From contig RHPI01002568.1 in NCBI GenBank assembly GCA_009103225.1, positions 534,098 through 598,097 of the forward strand: a DNA stretch of 64,000 bases, given 5' to 3'. Each line of letters starts with the position of its first letter. The stretch's first letter is position 1. Of this stretch, positions 40,446 to 53,048 are shown one piece after another. The position numbers and the translations under genes are program-made. The notes beneath the pieces were generated by a model. That model searched no databases. It was not told the DNA's origin and worked only from the letters and a program-made list of their open reading frames with translations. Source of the DNA: Chlorokybus atmophyticus. Taxonomy: Eukaryota > Plantae > Mesostigma and Chlorokybus algae.

Positions 40446-43400
40446 TCAACCAGTTAAGCTCCAAGGCACGGTTTCACCAGCAAAGAACGGTACGACAGTC
40501 CCGTCCGCAAACGTGTATGTCTGGGGCACACTCATGGGGATTTTCTCCAGCGTGGCAGTGCCCTCGTTTCTTGGAAGCCCGTAGAAGTCCGGCCCGTTGA
40601 AGCTCGCAAATGTCTCTAACTTGTCGAGGGCATTGGCCTGTGCACGCCACCACGCAGCAGTAAGTTGAGATGTTGTGTGTGCGCGTGCGGATGCGTGTGT
40701 GAGAAAGCTACGAATGGCAAAATCAACTTGTATAGTGTCACAGTTCATTTGTGACACTACTCACCTTATACATGTGCACGCGCAACCATGTGTGCAGTGC
40801 GCGTTGCAGATGAGTACATGTGTTGTTTCATGTCTGTATAACAGTCTACCGACAACGTTTACGTATTCGTGCACACGTAGGGCACTGGCGTAGAGGTAGT
40901 CACGCACGCACAACCACATATTTTCACCTAGAGACATCCTTTTACAGGCGTCCTCTACATGGAACAATGCAATATGTCCCGTATTATTTGTGACGTTCAG
41001 TGACTCACCTCCTCAAAAGCCATAGCGTACAGCTGCAAGGCCGCGTGCGCGCTGTACACGCCAGCGCAGCCGCACGGGGCCTCTTTTGTACTCCTTTCAT
41101 GTGGCGCGCTGTCTGTGCCAAGGAAAAACTTCTCGCTGCCGCTAGCAACCGCTTGCAACAAAGCTTGCCCTGCAAGTTGTGTGTGCATGAATAAACACGA
41201 TAGCCAATGCGTGCTTGTGCAAGACCTGACAGATTTTCTCACTGTGTGTCTCCCGCTTTAGGATGGGTAAACAGTAGTAATGAGGCCGGATGCCGCCCTG
41301 GAACAATGCATTTCTGCTGAGAAGCAAGTGTTGAGGCGTGATGGTAGCAGCCAATGTGTCTGGCCCGTACTGCACAAAGTTTGCTGCCTCCTTTGTGGTG
41401 ATGTGCTCCATGACTACCCTCAGTGCCTGGGTAAGAGCACAACGCACAACATGATGAGCATCTCCTGCATAATTCATTGTATGCCAGCTGGGTGTCCAGC
41501 ACACAGTCATCAACATCAATTAAAATGCCCATGAAGACTGAGGCACTTACTGTGAACTTCTCTAGGACAGGTGACAACACCTTTTCGATAAATACTTTCT
41601 CCCTGTCGAATACGTCCACTGCAGGGTCTGTCACTTCACCTGGCCAACCAAGCCAACAGTTCAAGAACGCAGCATCAAGACCAGATGAGTCTATAACCCT
41701 AACGTTGATTATGGCGTCGACACAATCATTGCTATGGCTGTCTTGCACCTAATATGTGCTTTAACACGTGTGCTGTGCATAATCAATCACATAGCTAGAC
41801 GCCGAGAACCGGGTCATAGGCGGATCCAGCATTCGCATGTGACCCCAGCATGTGCTTGCGAACACACATGCACACTGGAAATCATCGTCATGGTCATAAA
41901 GCCTGGGTCCAAGTCAAGGAATGATGATCCACGATGATTATCAACGTCTTTGTGCGACACATTCATGTGCAACAAGTGTGCTTGAGACCACCTGGCAAGT
42001 CTGCTCACATGCACAACGAGGCTTTCCACACCTATATACCATGTACCAGCAGTGGGATGTTCAGCTCTTGCATAGCCGCCAGCGTGGCTTCGCATTTCTT
42101 CAGGCTTGTCACTCCGGCTGCCGAGTTGGTTGTGGCGCCTGCAGGGTACAGCTTGAACGCCGCAATGAATCCACTCTCCTTCGCTGCTTGCACCTGTTTG
42201 TGTAGTATGTAAGCACCAACATGCCAACACCACGCAACTACACGTGCACACACGCAACCAATCTCACACCTCATCTGGGGGTGTATTGTCTGTCAAATAC
42301 AGTGTCATGAGTGGCTGGAAGTCCTGTCCAGCTGGCACTGCTGCCAGTATGCGCTCGCGGTATGCGCTTGCGTCCTTCACAGAGATGACTGGAGGCCTGC
42401 AACACGCACACAACCTTCGGCACCGCACAAATGACAAGATGGGTGGCGATCGGTTTTTTTAGGCAAGGCAGTGCAGTTGTCTTGACCTTAGGTTCGGCAT
42501 AATGATGGCGCGCTGGAACTGAGCTGCAGAGTGCGGCACCACAGACCTGCAGCATGCGTAATGCCATGAACAACTTGCAGTGCAGTCACAAAGCCGACAG
42601 TTTGTAATAGCCAAGTAGCCAAGCAAGCACAGCGGGATGGTTTGCATCAACAATTGTTGTGGATGCCCAACCTACGCACGCTTGCATGCATGCAGGTAGG
42701 CAAGCAAGCACGCTGCTGTAAGCGTGCACTCACTCACATGTGTGTGCGTGTGTGAAAGGCATGGGTGAGCGTTACAACCACTTTACACACATCATCGCAT
42801 GCTCTAAGTGTACGCTCACTCACATGCGCATGTGCGTGTGCATGTGAGAATCAGTGTGCATGTGCATGTGCGTGCGCGTGTCTCAGAACAAGCGTGTGCA
42901 TGCGCAAGTGAGAGTGACGATCACATGACATATACCAACACCCATGCTGAAGCAGAAGCAAGTACACGCGCTCGACTGTTGTTGACCGAAATGGTTCGAT
43001 CATGTACGGGGGAGCGACAAACAAGCTGGACGTGCTTACCGCATTGCGTCGCCATCTCTGAGATGCAAGTGCCAGTCATCTGGCTTAGTGATGACCAGTC
43101 TACTGGCTGCTGCTCCATGCTCCTCCTGCGCCTTGGTACTACCCGCAGACAAGCCACTGGCCAAGCAAGCAGGAACAAATTTGCACATGGCCTGTTGTCG
43201 CTGCCTGCTCAGACAAATGCAGGCTGTTCTCACGACACACCGGCGCAGCGACAGCGACGACGCCAGCCCCGCCCCTGCCACCGCCGCCGCCGCCATGCTG
43301 GCCAAAGCCCTAACAACGGCATACTTGCAGCCGCGCGGTGCATTGCATTGCAAGCAGGTGGAGGCGCAGGAAACGGAGGCGGAGGCGGAGGTGGTACTTC

Positions 43401-43449
43401 TGGTCCTGCAGAACGCTGTTGTGCAAGTAGTTGTCGTTGTTGGGAGCAT
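40446..43449 (-). CDS. PYR4: Dihydroorotase (PyrC/type II, plant PYR4-like) with organellar transit peptide
   Basis: [37 protein letters not shown]|[51 protein letters not shown]. Confidence 0.96.
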
Positions 43450-44042
43450 GGATCGGCGTGGTGAGATGCCGCCACCACCTCAAACTGGTGAGCAAGTCGG
43501 GTGGTTGGCCAATGCGTGGCGAGCAATAGGCATGGCTGGCTGCCTTCGTGTAGCAGTTTGTTTGGCATGGACTGCATGCTTGCTTGTTAGCATGCTTGCA
43601 CTACTAGCTTAATTCAAAACCGCTGTTGTGTGGCTCGCATGGCTCAAACAAAGGCACTTATGTTGGTGGCTCTGTTGTTGGGCATAGCACTTGGGCATGA
43701 ACAGTTGCTTCAACGCCCTGCTTGTGGTGATTGTCTCAACAGCTAGCTTGCTTGTATGGGCCTCTTCTCACTGTGTTACTTGCATCTGTTGTTGTGTGCT
43801 AATCCTCATTAACATGATGGGTTCGCGGTGGTGGAGTCTTAGGTTGTATGCAGCTGCGTCTCAGCTTGCAGCTTCGTTGGTTTGTTGTAGTCAATTACAC
43901 AAACAACAGTCTGTCATATTCAATTCAGCTGGCAACCACGTAGCTCAACGCCGAGCTACTTGCCACAAGCGCTGGTGTGTTGTCGTTGAGTACATGGCAT
44001 GGTCATTGCTGACCCTGCACTGGATCATCAATTTATAGTTTA

Positions 44043-44220
44043 CCCCCCCCCCCCCNNNNNNNNNNNNNNNNNNNNNNNNNNNNNNNNNNNNNNNNNNNNN
44101 NNNNNNNNNNNNNNNNNNNNNNNNNNNNNNNNNNNNNNNNNNNNNNNNNNNNNNNNNNNNNNNNNNNNNNNNNNNNNNNNNNNNNNNNNNNNNNNNNCCC
44201 CCCCCCCCCCCCCCCCCCCT
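44043..44220. other. Assembly gap (N run) flanked by poly(C)
   Basis: About 140 N between C homopolymers, followed by an acceptor-like TTCTCCTCGCAG. Confidence 0.95.
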
Positions 44221-44270
44221 TTCTCCTCGCAGTGACCTCAGCGCCATGGGCCAAGCAGAGCATTGGCAGT

Positions 44271-45885
44271 ATGCCCTTGCCGATGGCGCCAACCAGAGCT
44301 CCATGGGCGAGGCCGACTGCAGATCAAACAGTTGCGATGGACGAGGAAAGGCCAAGCGGAAGTGGACAAGCTGGTGCAACTGATGTGAACGGCAAAGCTG
44401 TGCAAGCGCATAAAGCCATCACGAGCCGCGCGGACATTGATAGGTTTCTGAACTCAGAAGCTGGAAAGGTATGCAGCAGGTGGTAGGTGTGCGCATGCAT
44501 GCTGAGTTGTGTGTACTTGCTTGCTTGCGCTCTCTGATACTTACTGCCATGACAGTGGTGTACCTTTGCATTACTTGTGCAGAGTTGTGTCTGAGTATGT
44601 CAAGCGCAAGGCCATACAACAACTGCATACTGCTCTTTGGCAGGACTTTATGGCGTTTATATCTGCACTGAATGACTCTGTGCGCGGGAAGGTTTTGTCG
44701 GATCCATGCGCAATCTCTCCAGCTTGCCACAGCTTGCTCGAGGTGCATTTATGCTTCATGATGTGTGAAGAGCATTGCAACACAGCATGTCACGTGCTCA
44801 CAGTAAATCCATGCACTTGTGTGTTGTCTTGCAACCGCAGGTGCTGACGGAGCTTGACAATTGGATTAGTGAATTCCCCCCAGCACAACATCAGGCACGC
44901 TATGGCAATCCTGCATACCGAATCTGGCACGCAAGGCTTACAGAAGAGTCGCAAAGACTCATACAAAAGGTGAGTTGCCATCGCACATGCCAACATGGCT
45001 ATTGCAAGCGAAAGTAAGGCTTTGTTGCACACGACCTGTCTGTTGCAATGGTAGGTGCTGCCAGAGAACATGCCTGCTACCATGGAGCTTGCAGGCTACC
45101 TGTGCGACAGTTTCGGCAACGCTACTCGCATTGATTATGGGACTGGGCATGAGACGACTTTTGTGGCTTTGCTGTATTGCCTCTCCAAGCTTGGAGTATT
45201 CGCAGCAGAGGACCGACAGGTGAAAGCTGATGCGTGTAGCTGTTTGCCCGCGCGCAAGCAGCATGTTTAGGCATCTACATTGTTTTTATGTAGATGCCTA
45301 CACAATGGGTATAGGAGACTTGTATGCGTACGAGTTGTGACAGCAGACACTGAAGTGGACTTTACCAGGCGCTTGTGACACACGTCTTCCTGGCGTATTT
45401 GCAACTGATGCGCCGGCTGCAAACCACATACTGGTTGGAGCCAGCGGGATCGCACGGCGTGTGGGGGTTGGATGACTACTGTTTCATGCCTTTCTTATGG
45501 GGGAGCGCGCAGCTGATTGGCAGCAGATCAGTCCGCCCTGATTCCATTCATGATCCCAAGCTGCTCAACATGCACGCGGGTGAGTACTTGTACATGGAGG
45601 CTATCCATTTCATCACACGAGTTAAGAAGGGTCCCATGGGAGAGCATTCGCCCATGCTCACCGACATCAGCGCCGTCCCCACTTGGTGAGTTAAGCCAAT
45701 CTGGCCAATTACGATCATTGTGTGTTGTATGACATGTGCATTTACAGTATACCCTTGTTTGTCTTAGGGAGAAGATCAACAGCGGCATGTTGAAAATGTA
45801 TCGAGCTGAAGTGCTGGAGAAGGTTCCGATCATGCAGCATTTCTTGTTTGGTTCTATCATCAGGTTCCCTGCGTCCAAGCGATGA
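44271..45885 (+). CDS. PTPA: PP2A phosphatase activator (PTPA/RRD); the first exon may lie in or before the gap
   Basis: [88 protein letters not shown]. Confidence 0.95.
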
Positions 45886-46893
45886 TGTGCAACAGAACGA
45901 CAAAGTCACTGCTAGGAGTCCATTGTTCTGTAGTTTCTGTAGTTCTGTAGAAGTGTTAAGTGTTGTGACATTACCATAGCAGTAGTATATGGCTCTTAAC
46001 CAGGCATGCACTCTGTTGCCGCCGCCCATGCTCCAACATCAAAACCTGTACACGTGGCAGCTTGCAAGCCATTTGAACGCACCCGCATGAAAACACACAA
46101 GCCCCACAGCTTAGATAAATGCCAACACATGTTGATGCACTTTTGCCATGTCACATGGTGCGCACATGTTTGGAGATTGCTGAAAGGCTTCCTCCTTCTT
46201 TGCTGCTCGGCAGGTTTTTAGTGGTAGGTTTATTGTTCACAGCTGGACCTGGACTGATTGTTAGTAGATTAAAAGCGTATCATGGGGCAGTTGTGGTGGT
46301 GGTATATATGTGAAACATTTGCAGCCCATTTTCTGTAACTAACATATTGGCAATAGCCGCTCGGGTCGTGCTTTACAGCCCGGTTGATGGCTTTAAAGAG
46401 CCAATGTGGCTACTCGTTGCTTGTTGGCTCACAATAATGAAATCCTCACCCCTCTTGGAAGCCACATTGTGGCTCATAATTGATAACCGTTGGCGGAGGT
46501 AGCTACATGTTTGCGCAACCTCATGTAATAATGTTACACCTTGATGGGCATTGTATACACTATGCGCTCAAAATAGCTCCCAATACTAATAAGGGTTAAT
46601 GGGCCATTCGTGTATTTGCGTACATGTCGAGTTGTAAGGCTACATCACACTCGCAACATAGTTGAATTGATTATTACTCATGATGTCCCTCAAGTGGAGA
46701 GCCTCAACAATTACCACCATCAATTAAACATGCAACATAACATGTCATCAAGTATTGAGCTGCCGTAATAGCAAAGGTAGCATCCGCCACAACTGCAACC
46801 AAGTGAACACGCACTTTGCGCGCTATACACACCCATGTAGATATCTATATGCTTTTCAGTAAGACTGATGCAACGCTGTGCAAGTACGCACAT

Positions 46894-46937
46894 AAAACAT
46901 ATAGAACCTAGCATATATGCTAGGTTCTATATGTTTT
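46894..46937. repeat. Perfect 44-bp intergenic palindrome
   Basis: AAAACATATAGAACCTAGCATATATGCTAGGTTCTATATGTTTT equals its own reverse complement; the ORF track shows twin MLGSICF starts on both strands. Confidence 0.95.
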
Positions 46938-48466
46938 GCAACGCACGCCGTGACCACATCCATATATCCTTGTGCACGGCGTGCTTGCATACTTTGTGTC
47001 ATTGTATCATCTTTGCTTATGTGCAACTGTATATATGGTAGTGTATTTTCAACAACCACTCGCAGCCTAGCGCGCGCTCCACTACAACCGCTGCAGCTTC
47101 AAATGCAATAAAAAAGCCTACACATGCTGCAACGAGTAAGCCACCCGCTATTCAACACCCCAAGCTCACATCATGTATAAATTCATACCCACACGTATTT
47201 GACTATGCACCACGCGGTGTGCACACAACCGCAAATACATAACCCGTTTAAAGGCCTTTCTCAAGCTGTCATGATATTAGCTGCGAGCTAAATGAACATG
47301 GGCTTTTTGTTTGGGCGTGGTCACGGTACTTGCGGCGCTCTCGCGTGCCGCATGGACCAATACGTACCGCATGCGACCAGCATAACATTTCATCACTCTA
47401 CATGGGTGCATACATGGGTGCATACATGGGTGCATCTACAAAAGATGCCAATAACATTGTGCACATGCAAATCTGCATGAACATGTAATGTCACAACCAC
47501 AACAACCACTCACTAACTCACCCACCGGGCAAAGCCACGCGCCCGCATGCTATCTGAGAGGGAGTATGTACTGATTACCCCTAACTCCGCCACTGTACAT
47601 AAATCCGTGACGGACTTGCGACGTGACCACCACGACACCGAGCACAAGGTGCGGCTCGCAATGTGTGTTAACTCCATGGGATCCATCAAGCAAACCCACT
47701 TTGTTGAGCAGATGGACCATACAGGCTATACGGTAGTACAGACCGCGACCATGTTACGCTCCTTGCCAAACTAAAGCCAGCCTCACGCTTGAGGTAGGTA
47801 CACCTCATCTCTCCGTCGTGGCCATGCACGAGCGACCGCGCAAGCAGCGAGGTCACTCGTGCTGCTGTTCACACCTGCGGGTGTGTCCCCGCAGGTGTGA
47901 ACAGCAGATAAAAGTTAATGGACGCGGCAAAGGGCAATCAAATTACATATGCCATGGCTACCATATACCACCTGGCCCCAGGTGTCGTGACATATTGTAG
48001 CCAGCGAAGTCTGTACGTGTACATATCCGCTGCATAGCAGAGACCCTAGCGTGTCTGCATGCTTAGGAAACAAAGCATCTGCTTCACAAAGCCCCAGCTA
48101 GCTATGAACAAGGAGCTCGCGCGGATGCGCAGCTCAACTACAAGAGCCAGCGATCGAGCAACTGCTCAAGAGAGCCGTCAGGCTCAATCGAAAGCACCAA
48201 AGCAAATCTGGATACCAAAAACTAGTATACGGTTCTGACATACTCAATCCATGGCCACCAGAATAACGTAGTGACTACATGATACTATCACAAGCTTCAC
48301 GCACATCACTAAGGTAGCGGATGAGTGCCGATAATGAACACAGGGCTCCAAACGTCTCAGTAAGGACGCGTGGAGCTTTAATTATTTACCTCAGCTCTTG
48401 CTGGGAAACTGCCGGCCAGCAGGCTGGAGCTGCGTCACATAGTTGTAGAAAAGCAGCTGAAGCAAG

Positions 48467-51400
48467 TCAGCTGGAAGTTACCACCGTAGCCAGTGAGGAA
48501 GTCTTATTGTCAAGGGCGCCCGAATTGGAACTGAACAGCTTGAGCGATTGGGCAAGAGCTGACTGCAAAGCTGCAGATGTTACTTGCGAAGATCGCGGGT
48601 GTAACCTCTCATCAAAGCCCCCTTGGAATTGAGCAATGCCCTCAGAGACAGAGGCTTGTGCGAGCCGGTAATCTCCAGGAGTCAACCCAGCAGCATCTCG
48701 ACATGAGCTCCAGAGTTTAAGACCACGATCCATCAACAACAGAGTCTGCACACACACAATATCACAAGTCACAAACAGGGTGGCATGCCTACGAAGGAAC
48801 GTACGCCATCGCTATGGGAATAACATCAGGAGGAATCCCTCACCTGGCAGATGCGTGTATCTGGTAGCAATGTGGCGAGGTGAAGCGCTGTGGTCCCGTC
48901 AACGGGCGTGTCAAGTGCGCACTCTGTCCGCAGCCAGCTATTTTGCGATGTTGCTGAGCGTTGCAGCAGACACGCAGTCATCTCAAGGCTGCCTATGCGC
49001 ACGGCCCGGAACAGCAGTGTTTCGCCTTCGAGGTCCTCTGGAGGACAGGCGTGGTGATGGCGGCGCTGTTGCTGCACAGCACGCTCTTGCTGCTGCAGCT
49101 GTTGCATGTGCGCATCACTCATTGTGGAGATGGCCTGCGATGACGCAGGATACTGTTACCAATGGTGCGCCAAATAGCATCATTGTGCTCAGGCGTACAG
49201 CTGACTTGCTTACCTTGACCAGCTCTCGGGTCAATGCGCACCAGTTGCGTGCAACAGCAAAACGCAGCAGAGCAAGGACATCGCAGTCGTCCACTCGCCA
49301 GACTTCAGCTCGGCGCAGCATGCGCCCAAGGTCATACAGCAGATTATGCAGCTCGGCAACAGAAAGCTGCGACGCGATGGAGTTCACTTCATCGCAGATT
49401 GCTTCTTCAGCAAAAAGAATAGGCTGCGGGCACGATACCATATCCTCCGCGATGAGCTGCGCAACGTGCCTCAGCGTCAACACCTCACAAAGCGTATGTA
49501 TCAGGATGCCTGGTAAACATCAACAACAGCTGCACTTACCTCCAATGTAGCAGTTCCTGATCGAATGCCAGAGACCTCACCGGCGACTGTGATGTTAACT
49601 GTTCCCTCCACCAGCCCAGGGCCATCCACAATGAGACGTGGATACACTCCCAAGTATCGGCACACAAGTTTCCTGATCGAAGCCAAAGGCAACAATCCAA
49701 CTTGTCAGATTGCGTAGTCTGATTGTACCAGCTGCATGCAAAAGCAGATCACATACGTGTCATCAGTTGCCCCAAGACACTCTACGGTGAACGATGCAGC
49801 CTTGCCACGCGGCACACAGACCGGAGTGACACTTGCGATCATTGGCATCCGTTCATCTGTGCGCACAACCTCCATGATGACTCCTGCAAGACACATATTG
49901 TGTCATGCACTTGTAATGAACGATATTGTTCAATGCAGGTTGTTTTATAACACTGATGAGAATGAGAATATTTACGCATGAACGGATATGAATCGACTCA
50001 AAGGCCAAAATTTGGCTACAAGTCTGTAGAAATGCAGTGGTGTTTTGGCTGTACATCGTGCCAAACCTGAAGTGTTAAAGAAATCCAGTACTCAAGTTGG
50101 GACGTCAGACTGGTAACTTACCGCAATCAACAACAGATCGGTATTGTTGAAACTGCAGGATCATTGGTACTGAGCGCCAGAATTCGTGACAATCCAATAG
50201 GCGGCGAACAGTGACCTCTATGTCCTTCTCAAACTGCGCGGGAGTTGTGTCAATTTCGCATCCCATAGCAAGCAACAGTTGGCTCTAGCAGACTTGTAAA
50301 GCATGACAAAGGGCAATGGCACGAATGCATACCTCATCCCATGCTATACAGGGCATGACAACATCAAGGGTAAGCAGCACACAACCAGGACGAATAAAAC
50401 TCTCAAGAGAAGTTGGGGAAAACGCCAGCCACGCCATAATCTGCGACACACATGTCAGGCAGTACTTGACGCCATGTAAGCAATGCTGCCAGCCTGTTTA
50501 CGCTGCCAACCTGGTCTCGCATGTCCGGCGGCAAATCTGATGGATTCTTGCCAAAGAGTTTCATGGAGATCCGGCCAAGGCGTTGCACCTGTGCACACGC
50601 ATGTCTAAATGCCAACATGCCAGCAGCGAGGGATGTCGACAGGAATGGAAGCACCAACCTGTTGTGGGTAATGCACACCACTAACAGCATTGTCCAACAG
50701 GAGACGCTGAGCTTGTAGCATGGCTGGCACGCTCACATCCGGCAGCGGGTTCTGTGTCCACTGCACTCGGCCCTCTGCAGGTGGCGTTGGAGCAGCCGGA
50801 GGCGTAGGCGGGTGGGGAGGCTGCTGAGAAGTTTGCTGCAGCAGCGCGAGCATTGCCTCCGTTGCAGTTTGCTGAGGCTTTTGTTCAGTGCTCTGTGGCT
50901 GCAGCGACATGGGAAGCTGCGGGGAGGCTTGGTTGGAGTCTGGCAGCGGGGAAGCTCCAAATGAAGGTAGGCGCAGCAGGTTGTAGAACTGATTGAAAAA
51001 AGCAAAGGGTAAGCACTTGCCATGTATATTTTACACTTCACAGAACAGGCGCATGGACAGTACCTGACTGTCAGCCAGGCTAGGCCATGCTGGCGCAGAG
51101 CGGCTCAAGCTGAGGGCTTCATTCTCCGAAGGTTGGTGCTGCCCCACGAGCGCGAGCAGGGATGACTGCTCCTTTACACTCAGGCGATTGGGCATGTCTG
51201 GCCAGATGTGGCCAGCACCAACCTGACCCAGGCTGGGTCCAGGCTGATCTGCGGCGCTGCGCGGGTGTCCAAGTGACAGTGGTATCGTTCCTGGCTGCCC
51301 AAGCTTGATACCCAGAAGATTTTGTAACTGTGTAGCTTGATCAGTAAGACCAGACAAGCTTGGTCTCAACCCTGCACAACAATCGTTGAATAGCTACACA

Positions 51401-53048
51401 TCAGGACCACAGCCACTGAGACACAGTATGCAACCTTTCTACTCTTTCGCAGCGAACACAAACCAACCTTCATCGACAGCCTGCGCCATGGCAGCTTCAG
51501 CGCGAGCTTTGCCAGATCTTGCTTCCCGCACCTTCCGCCGACGCGTGTTGTGGCCTTTGAGTCGTAATCGGCAGGACTTCTTGTCACCATCAAACTCAAC
51601 CAATGCATGAAACCTGCACATGCAGTCCGGCATGACTTCCACGCCTCAGTAGCACTGGCGCCAGTGCTAAACTGCATAACACCCCATTGCCTTACCGTGA
51701 ACACTGCTGGCAAAATCGCTGCATGGAGCCATTTGTAAGCACTGCAGGCTCTGTGGCATGGCGATCACAAACACGATGCCGTCTGTAGTAATCTTTGACG
51801 CCACTGAGGTCATTGGTGCAATCCTCAACCTGACACTTGACTGGTCCAATGGTGAGCGCGCCACTCAAAGCACGTTTCAGACCACGATCAGAATGCTGTT
51901 CCAAGTCCAGAGGCGAATCCTGCAAAGAAACCCTACGTCAGCTTACGCGCAGCATGGCGCAAGCAACTCATGGATGTGGCGAACAAGCTTCACCTGGCGA
52001 TTGACATCTGAGGCAGGCGTGCCACTCGGCAAGGGTGTGGTGCTGCGAGCTAGCTGAGCAGGGGAGTCAGCGGAGCGGCCAGTGCCACCTTGCCCACTGC
52101 TCGCAGATGTCCCCCCTCGGTCAAGACCCGACATCCTGCATTGCAAGCATCATCAAGCCTGCAGTGTATGCACCCAGAAACATAGCTTTCCTTGTGCACT
52201 TTCAACAACAAACCTTTCGTTAGTGGGAGCTTTGCTTAATAGATCCGACAAGCGGCCTTCTGGGGTGCTTGGCTGCTTGTTTGGTAGACTCTTGTAGAAG
52301 GGGGCACTAGACAAGGGGCCGACAGCTGGAAATCTGCAATGAACAGCATGTTGGCTCATTTCGACTCTGTTCATTTCTGTCGCTTGCGTTGCTTAGCAAA
52401 CGCGCATGTAAAAATTGCCGACATACGGCAACTTACATACGACCAAACCAGTTGCGCACATACGCCCATCACATCAGAACGACGCCTACGCGATGCTAGG
52501 CTGCAAACAACAGCAATAGTGACTACAACGACAGTAGCTACCACTCGGGCAAGGATTTGTTCTGTAACTCCCATCGCACACATAGCTGGCCTTATGACCC
52601 TAGCAATGTTTGGCGACTGACACAAAGAGATGGGACTACGGGTGGGCTGCAGGGAGGGGGGGGTGGCTAACCTGCTTGCTGCTATGACGAGAGACGGCGA
52701 CGGCCCCCAATACGGCACTGCCGCAGAGCAGGGCTGCCTCAAACCCTAAACGGCGCACCTGGGCAGTTCCTTGCAGAGGGCAATGCCCTGGAAGTTTAAG
52801 CGGGCGGGGGCAGGCGGGACAGCGGTGGCGGGCTGCTGCTGCAGGGTGGCGGGAAGTGCAGGCTGCGCCAGCATGCGGTGCGAGTCCCAAACCCACTGCC
52901 CGGAGCTTTGCCACTCAAACGGCGCCTCAAACGCCGGCAAGTCGGCCGGCCAGCTGGGCGGCACCGCCGCCCCCGCCGAACCCGAGCAACCAGCTGAAGA
53001 AGGAAGTGAAGCTACGTCCGTGCTCACCCTGGGTTTCACATCGTCCAT
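48467..53048 (-). CDS. SPL: SBP-box transcription factor, SPL1/12/14/16-type, with C-terminal ankyrin repeats
   Basis: N-terminal EWQSSGQWVWDSHRMLAQP. SBP domain CQVEDC..YYRRHRVCDRH..RFCQQCSR|FHALVEFDGDKKSCRLRLKGHNTRRRK. Also RISMKLFGKNPSDLP, SLESFIRPGCVLLT, ankyrin GETLLFRAV / GTTALHLA and RDAAGLTPGDY. Confidence 0.93.

Noticed and set aside
47401-47436. 12-bp tandem repeat CATGGGTGCATA x3, and 10-bp repeats at about 58687..58770
   Set aside because: Ordinary short slippage repeats with no further structure.
52741-52748. Telo-box AAACCCTA in the SPL first intron as a Polycomb element
   Set aside because: A single 8-mer is expected by chance; no supporting cluster nearby.
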